Positions 31,797-43,852 of a DNA stretch of 64,000 nucleotides are shown in pieces; the first letter of the stretch is position 1; each line of letters begins with the position of its first letter. A model generated the notes under the pieces. The model worked only from the letters and a program-made list of their open reading frames with translations. It made no database searches and was not told where the DNA came from. The stretch spans positions 8,680,001 to 8,744,000 of the forward strand of contig OZ024741.1 in the NCBI GenBank assembly GCA_964016885.1, written 5' to 3'. The translations under genes and the position numbers were made by a program. The stretch is from Eledone cirrhosa (lineage: Eukaryota).

Positions 31797-31798
<2 letters not shown>
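31610..31798 (+). mobile_element. tRNA-derived SINE with Deu/Nin-like central domain
   Basis: Box A-like TGGCAGTATCGG, box B-like GAGTTCAAATCC, central GCCTTTCATCCTTACGGGGTCGATAAAAT. Further copies at 33695, 34890 (minus strand) and 36240. Confidence 0.85.
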
Positions 31799-31863
<65 letters not shown>

Positions 31864-31866
<3 letters not shown>

Positions 31867-32655
31867 CACGATAAATTAACGGGGCCATAGACTCTCGCCA
31901 TTCCCTGTCATTAATATGCTCAAAGGAGAAGGAATCCTGAACCCTTTATAATACAATATGTAGAGAAGATAACACACCAGAGAGAGACAGAGAGAGAGAG
32001 AGTGCGTTATCAGTCAAACAGGGAAAAACCACCAGTGTATGGAATCTATAACCCATGGAAGGCAAAGTAGACACACAATAATTAAAAGTATAAATCAAAG
32101 TGCAAACACATACCTTGATAGCTATCTAACACACGTACAAATCCAACAGGATCTGTTTCACCAACTAATTTGTTGACAGAAATGATTAGCCTATGGTTCA
32201 TCAGCGTGTGTAAGGCTATACATTTCAGACAACTGTAAAAGAATCTAAAGCGACCGTCCAGCCACACGTGGGAGAGAGAATTCACATCGTGCCTAGGGTA
32301 GCAACGAGTGGCCTCTGAGGGAAGAGCTGCTAGAAAGGGCAGCCCAAAACACTCAGAGAAGTGTGCTCAACCAAACAGGGAGAGAGCGAAATATCACGAT
32401 AAATTAACGGAGCCATAGACTCTCGCTATTCCCTGTCATTAATGTGCTCAAAGGAGAAGAAATCCCGAGCCTTTTATAATACAATATGTAGAAAAGATAA
32501 CACACCAGAGAGAGAGAGAGAGAGATAGTGCGCCATCAGTCAAACAGGGAAAAACCACCAGTGTATGGAATCTATAGCCCTGGTGGTTTTTCCCTGTTTG
32601 ACTGATGGCGCACTATCTCTCTCTCTCTCTGGTGTGTTATCTTTTCTACATATTG

Positions 32656-32661
<6 letters not shown>
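31864..32661 (-). mobile_element. Non-coding hammerhead-containing element (about 530-nt unit with about 190-bp direct repeats and inverted 5' end), retrozyme/pLTR-like
   Basis: 31866-32054 is repeated at 32395-32580. 32581-32661 is an inversion of 32477-32561. It has an internal hammerhead, (TA)n on both sides and no meaningful ORF. Confidence 0.8.
32129..32211 (-). ncRNA. Type I hammerhead ribozyme with full-length stems
   Basis: Minus strand reads ACACACG-CTGATGA-ACCA...TGGT-GAAA-CAGATCC-TGTT-GGATTTG-TA-CGTGTGT. Stem I is 7 bp, stem III is 7 bp plus the A-U core pair, and the cleavage triplet is GUA. Confidence 0.9.
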
Positions 32662-32727
<66 letters not shown>

Positions 32728-32730
<3 letters not shown>

Positions 32731-32865
32731 TTTATCCCGGGTTCAATCGGGGGTAACCACAGTTAGTAAGGTACTCAATACAAAGCAGAGTATAAATATT
32801 TAGTATAGAAAAGGCTTCTACAGGACTAGAAGTGTTTCATTCGGGAGAAATCATCAGGAAGCCCT
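32728..32865 (-). mobile_element. Short pLTR-like fragment: hammerhead plus 3' tail, in (TA)n
   Basis: Homologous to 42741-42877 and flanked by (TA)n. Confidence 0.7.
32813..32863 (-). ncRNA. Hammerhead ribozyme motif
   Basis: Minus strand reads GGCTTC-CTGATGA-T-TTC-TCCC-GAA-T-GAAAC-ACTTCTAGTCCT-GTA-GAAGCC. Stem III is mutated relative to the 42747 copy. Confidence 0.75.
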
Positions 32866-32939
32866 ATATATATATATAGTCCAGAAATAGCCGTCGAAAC
32901 GGCTTGAGCTCTGCCGTCGGCGTCATACTTTTTCATATA

Positions 32940-33014
<75 letters not shown>

Positions 33015-33018
<4 letters not shown>

Positions 33019-33545
33019 CTGTCCTTGTTATATTGACCCCTATATATATAACTGTCCTTGTTATGGTGACCCCTATATATATATATTGCCGTCCTTGTTA
33101 TGGTGACACCTATATATATATTGCTGTCCTTGTTATAGTGACCCCTATATATATATATATTGCTGTCCTTGTTATAGTGACCCCTATATATATATTGCCG
33201 TCCTTGTTATGGTGACCCCTATATATATATTGCTGTCCTTGTTATAGTGACCCCTATATATATATATATATTGCTGTCCTTGTTATAGTGACCCCTATAT
33301 ATATATATTGCTGTCCTTGTTATAGTGACCCCTATATATATATATATAACTGTCCTTGTTATGGTGCCCCCCCCTATATATATAGCCGTTCTTGTTATAG
33401 TGACTCTTATATATATAACTGTCCTTGTTACGGTGACCCCTATATATATATATATATTGCTGTCCTTGTTATTGTTACCCCTATATATAAATAGCTGTCC
33501 TTGTTATAGTGACCACTATATATATATATATGTGTGTCCTTGCTT
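33015..33545. repeat. Minisatellite (TTGCTGTCCTTGTTATAGTGACCCC) with variable (TA)n spacers
   Basis: About 15 copies of a roughly 25-bp core, separated by TA runs of different length. Confidence 0.9.
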
Positions 33546-33605
33546 TAGCCACCCTTTCTCCTCTTATTTATCTTTATTTATCTCTCTGTCTATTGACTTT
33601 GTTTC

Positions 33606-33668
33606 TAGCGCAGTTGGGAGAGCGTTAGACTGAAGATCTAAAGGTCCCTGGTTCAATCCCGGGTTTCG
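33606..33668 (+). pseudogene. tRNA-Phe(GAA): tRNA-Phe(GAA) pseudogene lacking an intact acceptor stem
   Basis: TAGCGCAGTTGGGAGAGCGTTAGACTGAAGATCTAAAGGTCCCTGGTTCAATCCCGGGTTTCG matches the metazoan tRNA-Phe body, with anticodon GAA at 33632-33634. The 5' GCCGAAA and 3' GCA are missing. Confidence 0.88.
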
Positions 33669-33694
33669 TATCCTGAGGTTGGCACAATACATTT

Positions 33695-33883
33695 GGGCGG
33701 TGAATTGGCAGTATCGGTAGAGGGTTGGACGCCATGCTTTCTGACATAGTTACGTCCCTTTACGGTCTGAGTTCAAATCCCACCGAGGTTAACTTTGCCT
33801 TTCATCCTTACGGGGTCGATAAAATAAAATACCAGTAATAAACTGGGTATTTGCTGGCCTTGTGCCAAAAGTAGAAACAATTA
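33695..33883 (+). mobile_element. tRNA-derived SINE, same family as 31610
   Basis: Colinear similarity with 31610-31798. Confidence 0.85.
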
Positions 33884-34477
33884 CAAGGAGTACTAAATAC
33901 ATCACATAGCCCGTCGTAGCTTACTAGCTCTATACAGACGTTTAATTTGATGAAATATAAATAAATATATGACTATATCATTGATTATGACCCCCCGTTT
34001 GTTAAGGTTTTAGGAAATGATTGAAGAGAAGTTTGACTACTTTTTATAGCTGATCGAGTTACTGTTTAGTGTTGGCCTCAATAACTCGATAGAAACTGGC
34101 GCTCAACTGGTATTTCATATTAGCTGCAATATTATTGGCTAACCCATACCACGATTATTGTAAATATTGTCTCAGAGTAGGGCCAGAGTTATAGAAGGGC
34201 GGTGGGGAAGGTACAGTAATAGTTATAGGAAGGTGGGGAGAGTAGGTTAGGGTGTGTAACCAAGAGATCCAGACATCGACCCCCCACCCTCAGGTATCGG
34301 AGACGCCCCACCCCCAGGGATCGGAGAAGGTGAAAACAGCGACTCGGATAATATCAATAAGATTCCATGTTATACACATAAGAAGCTGAGAAGGAACATT
34401 AAAAACTAGGACCCTGGGTGATATATATATATATATATAGAGTATATATATATATATATACAGTATATATATATATA

Positions 34478-34508
<31 letters not shown>

Positions 34509-34889
34509 AGTGTCACAAGGTGGATCAAGCAATACAGCGCTGCTCAGTAGACTGAATTACTGATTGAATTACCGGAAGGACCAACAAGATTACCCGTTAC
34601 GGTTCGATGACCTTTCTGTTTAGGGAAGCAAGGAAATGTGATTTTATTGTAAGTGACATACACGCATTATCGTACATTTGCATATATACACACACACACT
34701 TATATATAAACATACTTAGATACATATACGCCTATTCCTTTGTATATACAATACATAAACACATTTTCACCTACCCCTGTGTTGACACAGTTAATTGGCG
34801 TATTATTTCTGTTGCCTTTCCTATATCTATTGACCATACTTAGTCTAGAGAAACTTTCTAAGGGCATATGATTCGCTGAGAAGATATAA

Positions 34890-35072
34890 TAATTGTTTCT
34901 ACTTTTGGCAAAAAGCCAGCAATTATCCCAGTGCATTACTGGTACTTTATTTTATCGACCCCGTAAGGATGAACGGTAACGTTAACCTCGGCGAGATTTG
35001 AACTTAGACCGTAAAGGCCGTAACTATGCTGCAAAGCATGGCGTCCGAGCCTCTACCGATACTGCCAATCCA
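34890..35072 (-). mobile_element. tRNA-derived SINE, same family, minus strand
   Basis: TTTTATCGACCCCGTAAGGATGAA...CTCTACCGATACTGCCAAT is the reverse complement of the 31610 copy. Confidence 0.85.
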
Positions 35073-35186
35073 ATGTCGAAACATGTTAGTTGGTTTCATC
35101 AAGTTGGCTTATAGACAAGATCCACTCCCGCTGTATTAAATTGTTCTAAAAGAGTTGGAAAGAATTGTGCAAGAATTGGTGTCGTA

Positions 35187-35520
35187 ATGTGCCAGCTTCA
35201 ACATTCGGTATTGAAAAGAGGGGAGGTAGGTGCAAAAACCCTACTCGCTATTTTCAATTCGGTATTCGTGCTAACCTTAGCTTGTGGCCCTGAATCTTGG
35301 CTAATGACCAAAAGAATACGATCGCAAATACAAGCGGCCGAAATGGGGTTCCTCCGAAGAGTCTTTGGTGTAACGTTACTCAATAAATTGTTCAGCTCGG
35401 AAATCAGAGTCATTCCAGGTAGAGCCACTACTTTTCCGAATTTAGAGATCACAGCTCCGATATTATGGCCATGTGGTTAGAATGTCTCAGGAAAGAATCA
35501 CTGGACAGATATTACGGTGA
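35187..35520 (+). mobile_element. RTE-clade LINE 3' fragment
   Basis: Peptide IFNSVFVLTLACGPESWLMTKRIRSQIQAAEMGFLRRVFGVT resembles the post-RT region of RTE LINEs (YG.E.W...IQAAEM.FLRR.G). It frameshifts downstream. Confidence 0.75.
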
Positions 35521-35810
35521 AAAGCAACTGAACCAGAAGAGTTGGATAGGTGAAGGTAAGTTCTCTCACTTATTTTCTTTCCATCACATGAACTCATTTG
35601 AACGTATTTTTCGTCATGAAATTGCGAGGATATTCCTGGTTTGTGGAAGTTTTTATTTTCTACATGTTCAGACAGTGACATAGACTTTTATATATCTCCT
35701 TTATAAGTTCTGTAACTAGATGACATTTGTTCAAGATGTCGTACAGTGGAACACAACCTGAAGTCACGGTGTTGTGAGGCAAACTCCTTAATCACGCAGC
35801 GATGCTTGTT

Positions 35811-35841
<31 letters not shown>

Positions 35842-36020
35842 TGATGATGATGATGATGATGGTGGTGATGATGGTGATGATGATGGTGATGATGATGACG
35901 GTGATGATGGTGGTGATGATGATGATGATGATGGTGATGACGATGGTGATGATGATGCCGCGGAAGAAATTAACTATCGTTCTTCTTCTTCTTCTTCTTC
36001 TTCTCATTATCATTACCACC
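35811..36020. repeat. (GAC)n/(GAT,GGT)n and (TTC)n trinucleotide microsatellites
   Basis: Direct inspection. Confidence 0.9.
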
Positions 36021-36239
36021 TCACCAATAATATTAGCACCACCCCACGGAGGTAGCTGGTTTAGTTGAAACAAAGTTATATGATATCACATTAATATCAA
36101 TTAATTCAATATAGCTATCAACACGAGTCTGTATCAATTGATTGATTATGCTGTTGTTTCTTGTTTTTGCCGTCGTCGTCTGCAATTTTGGCACCGTCAT
36201 CGTCGGTTTTCTTTTTCTTTCATGTTTTCCGGAAAAGAC

Positions 36240-36376
36240 GACATTAGAATGACGGATAGAATGCTTTATGGTATTTGTTCCTGCTCTCTGCTCTCTCAGT
36301 TCAAATCCCGCCGAGGTCAACTTTGCCTTTCATCCATTCAAGGTCGATAAAAAAGTACCAGTGTAGTACTGAGGTA
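36240..36376 (+). mobile_element. Partial SINE of the same superfamily
   Basis: AGTTCAAATCCCGCCGAGGTCAACTTTGCCTTTCATCCATTCAAGGTCGATAAAA...GTACCAGT. Confidence 0.75.
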
Positions 36377-36437
36377 GATTCTTCGTCTATATCTCTTTCT
36401 CACTTCCTTTCTCTCACTCTTTATATTTCTCCTGGAG

Positions 36438-37496
36438 AAATCTGCTGTATTCAGACTTGGAGAGCATATGGGCTCCGCCAGGTTTGAAAATGCCTTAGAA
36501 ACGTCGTATGTCAATACGGCGCCTCTGAACCTATCTCAAGAGTTACGTGACCAAACATGCATGTTCCTGTGAAGAGAACCAAATATTGGTTCCTTAACAC
36601 CTGGTTATGTTTCCAAATCCAAAGAATTGATCCTTAAAAACAGGTTATGTACCTAATGTCCAAAGAATTGGTCCTTAAAAACTGGCTATGTTCCTAATGT
36701 CCAAAGAATTGGTCCTTAAAAACAGGTTATGTACCTAATGTCCAAAGAATTGGTCCTTAAAAACTGGTTATGTTCCTAATGTCCAAAGAATTGGTCCTTA
36801 AAAACAGGTTATGTTCCTAATGTCCAAAGAATTGGTCCTTAAAAACTGGTTATGTTACTAATGTCCAAAGAATTGGTCCTTAAAAACTGGTTATGTTGCT
36901 AATGTCCAAAGAATTGGTCCTTAAAAACTGGTTATGTTCCTAATGTCCATAGAATTGGTCCTTAAAAACTGGTTATGTTCCTAATGTCCAAAGAATTGGT
37001 CCTTAAAAACTGGTTATGTTCCTAATGTCCAAAGAATTGGTCCTTAAAAACTGGTTATGTTCCTAATGTCCAAAGAATTGGTCCTTAAAAACTGGTTATG
37101 TTCCTAATGTCCAAAGAATTGGTCCTTAAAAACTGGCTATGTTCCTAATGTCCAAAGAATTGGTCCTTAAAAACTGGCTATGTTCCTAATGTCCAAAGAA
37201 TTGGTCCTTAAAAACTGGTTATGTTCCTAATGTCCAAAGAATTGGTCCTTAAAAACTGGCTATGTTCCTAATGTCCAAAGAATTGGTCCTTAAAAACTGG
37301 CTATGTTCCTAATGTCCAAAGAAACCTATAAAACTAAGTTATGATCCGACTGATAAAATTCTTTTCTTTAATTTTATTTGTTAGTTTTTGTTATTTTCCA
37401 GAATATTCGGTTAGTAATGTCTGTTATCCTCTTTCTAAACAGGCGTTGATGGAGCTGACATTACGGTTTCGATATCCGACTGGGATCATCACTTAG
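36438..37496 (+). CDS. Possible last two coding exons of an unidentified host gene (36438-36481 and 37402-37496)
   Basis: AG|...CCAG|GTTTGA and TTTTCCAG|AATATT are phase compatible. Splicing gives NLLYSDLESIWAPP-E-YSVSNVCYPLSKQALMELTLRFRYPTGIIT*. I recognise no homologue, and the first acceptor (GAG) is weak. Confidence 0.35.
36601..37323. repeat. 41-bp minisatellite (CTGGTTATGTTCCTAATGTCCAAAGAATTGGTCCTTAAAAA), about 17 copies
   Basis: Direct tandem repeats with period 41. Confidence 0.95.
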
Positions 37497-37626
37497 GCAA
37501 CAACAATGACAAAAATGTTTCAAACAATTTTTCCCAACGGAAAATTTCTTTCAGTTTATCTCAAAAATTCCAAACAACATTATTATTGTTGTTACTGTTA
37601 TTGTTGTTGTGGTTACTGTTACCTAG

Positions 37627-38545
37627 GATGATGATGGTGGTGATGGTGTTGATGATGGTGGTGGTGATGGTGTTGATGGTGGTGGTGATGGTGATGATGG
37701 CGGTGGTGATGGTGATGATGGCGGTGATGGTGATGACGATGGTGATAATAATGATGATGGTGGTGGTACTGGTGGTAATGGTAGTGGTGGTGGTGATGAT
37801 GATGATAGTGGTGGGCATGATGATGGTGGTGATGGTGGTAATGGTGGTGGTGGTCGTGATGGTGGTGGTGGTGGTGATGGTGGTGGTGGTGGTGGTGGTA
37901 ATGGTGGTGGCGGTGGTGATGGTGGTGGTGTTGGTGTTGATGATGGTGGTGATGATGGTGATGGTGGTGATGGTGGTAATGGTGGTGGTGTTGGTGTTGA
38001 TGATGGTGGTGATGATGGTGGTGTTGATGGTGGTGGTGTTGGTGGTGGTGATAGTGGTGATGGTGGTAATGGTGGTGGTAATTGTGGTGGTGGTGGTGAT
38101 GATGGTGATGGTGGTAATGGTGGTGGTGGTGGTGATGGTGGTGGTGGTGTTGGTGTTGATGATGGTAGTGGTGGTGGTGGTGATGATGGTGGTGGTGGTG
38201 GTGGTGATGGTGGTGGTGTTGGTGTTGATGATGGTGGTGATGATGGTGGTGATGATGGTGGTGATGGTGGTGGTGATGGTGGTGGTTTTGGTGATGGTGG
38301 TGTTAATGGTGGCGGTGGTGGTGATGGTGGTGGTAATGGTGGTGGTGGTGGTGATTGTGGTGGTGTTGGTGTTTATGATGGTGGTGATGATGGTGATGGT
38401 GGTGATGGTAGTAATGGTGGTGGTGGTGGTGATGGTGTTGGTGTTGATGGTGGTGATGATGGTGGTGGTGTTGGTGGTAATGTTGGTGGTGTTGGTGATG
38501 GTGATGGTGGTTGTGGTAATGATGGTTGTGCTGATGTTGACGATA
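37627..38545. repeat. (GGT/GAT)n trinucleotide low-complexity array
   Basis: Direct inspection. The poly-V/M and poly-T/I ORFs are artefacts. Confidence 0.95.
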
Positions 38546-38648
38546 TGTTTAGATATTTGTATCTTTATTCCTTCCAATTTTGAGATATTGTCAGCTGAAC
38601 TCTTAATGATTAATAACCCAACATTTAGTCTGTTCAATTATCAACAGA

Positions 38649-39703
38649 GATGTCCTGATTACAGTCTGGAATCACCCCACCCTAGTGGCGGTGGGGCCGG
38701 GATCTCCTGATTACAGTCTGGAATCACCCCACCCTAGTGGTGCTGGGGCCGGGATCTCCTGATTACAGTCTGGAATTACCTCACCCCTAGTGGTGCTGGG
38801 GCCGGGATCTCCTGATTACAGTCTGGAATTACCACACCCCTAGTGGCGGTGGGGCCGGGATCTCCTGATTACAGTCTGGAATTACCACACCCCTAGTGGC
38901 GGTGGGGCCGGGATCTCCTGATTACAGTCTGGAATCACCCCACCCTAGTGGCGGTGGGGCCGGGATCTCCTGATTACAGTCTGGAATCACCCCACCCTAG
39001 TGGCGGTGGGGCCGGGATCTCCTGATTACAGTCTGGAATCACCCCACCCCTAGTGGCGGTGGGGCCGGGATCTCCTGATTACAGTCTGGAATCACCCCAC
39101 CCCTAGTGGTGCTGGGGCCGGGATCTCCTGATTACAGTCTGGAATTACCACACCCCTAGTGGCGGTGGGGCCGGGATCTCCTGATTACAGTCTGGAATCA
39201 CCCCACCCTAGTGGTGCTGGGGCCGGGATCTCCTGATTACAGTCTGGAATTACCTCACCCCTAGTGGTGCTGGGGCCGGGATCTCCTGATTACAGTCTGG
39301 AATTACCACACCCCTAGTGGCGCTGGGGCCGGGATCTCCTGATTACAGTCTGGAATTACCACACCCCTAGTGGCGGTGGGGCCGGGATCTCCTGATTACA
39401 GTCTGGAATCACCCCACCCTAGTGGCGGTGGGGCCGGGATCTCCTGATTACAGTCTGGAATCACCCCACCCTAGTGGCGGTGGGGCCGGGATCTCCTGAT
39501 TACAGTCTGGAATCACCCCACCCCTAGTGGCGGTGGGGCCGGGATCTCCTGATTACAGTCTGGAATCACCCCACCCTAGTGGTGCTGGGGCCGGGATCTC
39601 CTGATTACAGTCTGGAATCACCCCACCCTAGTGGCGCTGGGGCCGGGATCTCCTGATTACAGTCTGGAATCACCCCACCCTAGTGGCGCTGGGGCCGGGA
39701 TCT
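38649..39703. repeat. 52/53-bp minisatellite (GATCTCCTGATTACAGTCTGGAATCACCCCACCCTAGTGGCGGTGGGGCCGG), about 20 copies
   Basis: Direct tandem repeats with no unique spacers. Confidence 0.95.
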
Positions 39704-39999
39704 TTCCTTTTAAAGATCTTTTATGAAAATAGTTGTTTTTCCGTAGGTGACAAACATATCTGTCGTTATTCCTATTACTATACAAATGTTGTTGTTGGTG
39801 TAAATGTTGGTGTTGTTGTTGTTGGTGTAAATGTTGGTGTTGTTGTTGGTGGTGGTGGTGTTGTTGTCGGTATTTTTAATGTAGCTGTTGTTGCTCTTAA
39901 TGTAGTCATTTTTCACATACATCTCACAGTCTCACAAACCCTTTTGTCTTAACATTTCCCTTCTTCTTCTTCTTCTTCTTCTTCTTCTTCTAAGAACCC

Positions 40000-40599
<600 letters not shown>

Positions 40600-40728
40600 A
40601 GGTTATAACCCCACTATCAGGCTAGAAATTTCTTTAGTCTAAAATACGGTGAAAGCTTATAATTTCTAACTTTCAAACTCGCGCACCGTTTCAAAAACAT
40701 ACTTACATGTTTACATTTATAATTTCCT

Positions 40729-40784
<56 letters not shown>

Positions 40785-40881
40785 ATATATAATGGAAAAA
40801 TTTGAACAGGGACAAAACAGAGAGGCAGTACAATAAATGTTTATTAATTTCACGCTCAGGAGAGTGGGGGGTAGGTGGGGG

Positions 40882-40913
40882 ACGACGTTTCGGGCATAAG
40901 CCCTTCCTCAGGT
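40882..40913 (-). ncRNA. Minimal hammerhead motif of Penelope pLTR type, within a non-coding insertion at about 40790-41485
   Basis: Minus strand reads AC-CTGAGGA-A-GGGC-TTAT-GCCC-GAAACGTC-GT, with palindromic ACGT stem III. Stem I is only about 2 bp. Confidence 0.65.
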
Positions 40914-41900
40914 GAGAAGTGTGTGGGAACAGAGTTCAAAAGGTGTGTAGGGGAGTGGTGGAGAGACATATAGCGAAAGGAAACGGTGCGAATGAAAAAA
41001 AACAAATAAAGATAAAAAATAAAAATAAAGCATGATCAAAATACAAGAAATGAGAAAATTTTAAAATAAAGGCATGATCCAAATAAACTGAAATTAAAAG
41101 GGGGGTAAACAGGTGGTGGAAGGGTGTGGGGTGAGTAGGGGTGGTGGCGGGTGGAGTGGGGAGAGGGAGACGGGGTGTCCGAGCGGGGAGGGCTGAAGGT
41201 GGTGTGTGTGTGTAGGTGTGCGTGTGTGTGTGTGTGTGTGTGTATGTGAAAGTAAGGGTTGGGGGAAAAACGGGGTTGCATGTTCAGGAAGGAGTGTGTG
41301 TGGGGGGTGTTTTTGTGGGTCGGAGTGTCTGTGCGTGTGTGGATAGGGGGGTGGGGGAGAGGAAACAGGAGGCTGAGGGTGTAAATATGTGGTGGGAAGC
41401 ACGTGTGTGTGGGGTTTAAGCGTGATGTGGGTGTGGGTGGCGTGTGGAGAAAAAAAAATTTTTGGGGGTGTGTGTGCGGGTGAGTTATATATATTTATAT
41501 ATTAAAATAACAGGTTAAAATTTAAGCAAAGAATCGCTGCTTTCACCCTTAACGGGATCTTCTGAAATTAACAAAGTCAATCTGTAAACGCAGAAGTGAA
41601 TATTTCAAAAAACGTTGCAACCGGAGGAAGACAGGAAGTCGATACTTTGGTTCGTGGAAACGTTCCCTATACAAATAAGTAATGGTGTAAACATAACATA
41701 TACTTAGCTACCACATCAAGACGTAAAATATCCGCGTATAGATCGTACGATCCGTTAGGGTATAATGTAGGGTTGTAATACAGGAAGGTTATGTGCAATT
41801 TATGTTTACAAGCCGAAATTGCCTCAGATTTTTTGTTTAAGATGTGGTCTGTGGCGTAGAGTATTTCCAGGGCCTCAGTCTTCGAATTTATTATTATTAC

Positions 41901-41959
<59 letters not shown>

Positions 41960-41963
<4 letters not shown>

Positions 41964-42145
41964 TGTTATACTTGCGGAGGCTCATATTTGTGTAATAACA
42001 GAACACACTCACTGTTTGGTTGGTTTTCGCTTCTGTGTCTTTTATATCGGTTAATTTAATTTAATTTATTCGACCCTCCCCAAGTATAACAATATTTGTT
42101 TCGACACACGATTTCATATAAAAAACCTCGCAAAACTAATTCGTC
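41960..42145 (+). mobile_element. Inverted plus forward 3'-end remnant of the 30751-31590 Penelope family
   Basis: 41960-42072 is the reverse complement of about 31401-31526, with a deletion. 42072-42145 matches 31503-31576. Confidence 0.85.
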
Positions 42146-42209
42146 TGAAATACCGAGCCGCCGCGTATGCTACAATTTACACAACTCACACATTCACTGA
42201 TAGATGTAC

Positions 42210-42745
<536 letters not shown>

Positions 42746-42746
42746 G

Positions 42747-42799
42747 GAGCTTCTACAGGACTAGTACTGTTTCATTCAGATGAAATCTTCAGGAAGCTC
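42747..42799 (-). ncRNA. Hammerhead ribozyme, followed by its family's 3' tail in inverted orientation (about 42805-42877)
   Basis: Minus strand reads GAGCTTC-CTGAAGA-T-TTC-ATCT-GAA-T-GAAA-CAG-TACTAGTC-CTG-TA-GAAGCTC. Stem I is 7 bp, the triplet is GUA, and stem III is near-palindromic. Confidence 0.85.
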
Positions 42800-42875
42800 A
42801 ATAAAAAATTTTTACTCTGCCATGTATTGAGTACCTTACTTACTGTGGTTATCCCCGACTCAACCCGGGACCTAC

Positions 42876-42926
<51 letters not shown>

Positions 42927-42930
<4 letters not shown>

Positions 42931-43201
42931 AGTATGCATGTATACGTACATACATATATGTATACAGACGTACAGTAGCATGCATATATATATATATATA
43001 TACATATGCATACAGGTACACATACATATATGCACGTATTAGTTTAGCGGCGCTTATTATAACGTCGTTTTGTTCGTTGTAAACAAACGAACAGCCTGAA
43101 TTTATGCCATACGGTGTTAAGGCAACCACGTCACCTTTTTGTTCAACACTGACACAGGAACGATGTACGTGCATATATGTATGTGTACCTGTATGCATAT
43201 G

Positions 43202-43234
<33 letters not shown>

Positions 43235-43679
43235 GCATGCTACTGTACGTCTGTATACATATATGTATGTACGTATACATGCATACTTACATTTAAGTAA
43301 GTGCCATACTAAGAGTGAGAAATGAAATTTCGTTTTCATTTTGTTTCAATTTATCGTTTTCGGTATGCCTGACCGATTTAACTCCCTCAATATGCAAATT
43401 AGGCTGCTCAGCCGTTAATTTTCATAAGGAAAGTATATACTTTCGAACGTTCAACTATCTGGCAGATGGGTAAACGGTGCTGATGATAGCTAACAAGCTT
43501 GAAACTAGTACATCGTTCCTGTGTCAGTGTTGAACAAAAAGGTGACGTGGTTGCCTTAACACCGTATGGCATAAATTCAGGCTGTTCAGTTTGTTTACAA
43601 ACGAACAAAGCGACGTTATAATAAGCGCCGCTAAACTGATACGTGCATATATGTATGTGTACCTGTATGCATATGTATA

Positions 43680-43721
<42 letters not shown>

Positions 43722-43838
43722 TGCTACTGTACGTCTGTATACATATATGTATGTACGTATACATGCATACTTACATTTAAGTAAGTGCCATACTAAGAGT
43801 GAGAAATGAAATTTCGTTTTCATTTTGTTTCAATTTTT
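42927..43838 (+). mobile_element. Non-coding hammerhead-containing element (about 474-nt unit, direct repeats, inverted 5' copy), retrozyme-like
   Basis: 43166-43351 is repeated at 43640-43838. 42927-43165 is the reverse complement of about 43511-43775. It has a hammerhead at 43473-43517 and (TA)n flanks. Confidence 0.85.
43473..43517 (+). ncRNA. Minimal type I hammerhead ribozyme
   Basis: AACGGTG-CTGATGA-T-AGCT-AACA-AGCT-T-GAAA-CTAG-TA-CATCGTT. Stem I is 7 bp, stem III is palindromic ACTAGT, and cleavage is predicted after A43510. Confidence 0.9.
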
Positions 43839-43852
43839 ATATATATATATAT

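Noticed and set aside
33606-33668. Functional tRNA-Phe gene
   Set aside because: The acceptor stem cannot form.
34260-35185. Unique stretches tested as additional host exons
   Set aside because: No convincing open frame bounded by good splice sites.
37561-38710. Poly-Thr/Ile and poly-Val/Met ORFs
   Set aside because: Trinucleotide microsatellite.
36601-39703. CRISPR-like appearance of the 41-bp and 52-bp arrays
   Set aside because: Monomers abut without unique spacers, there are no cas genes, and the context is eukaryotic.
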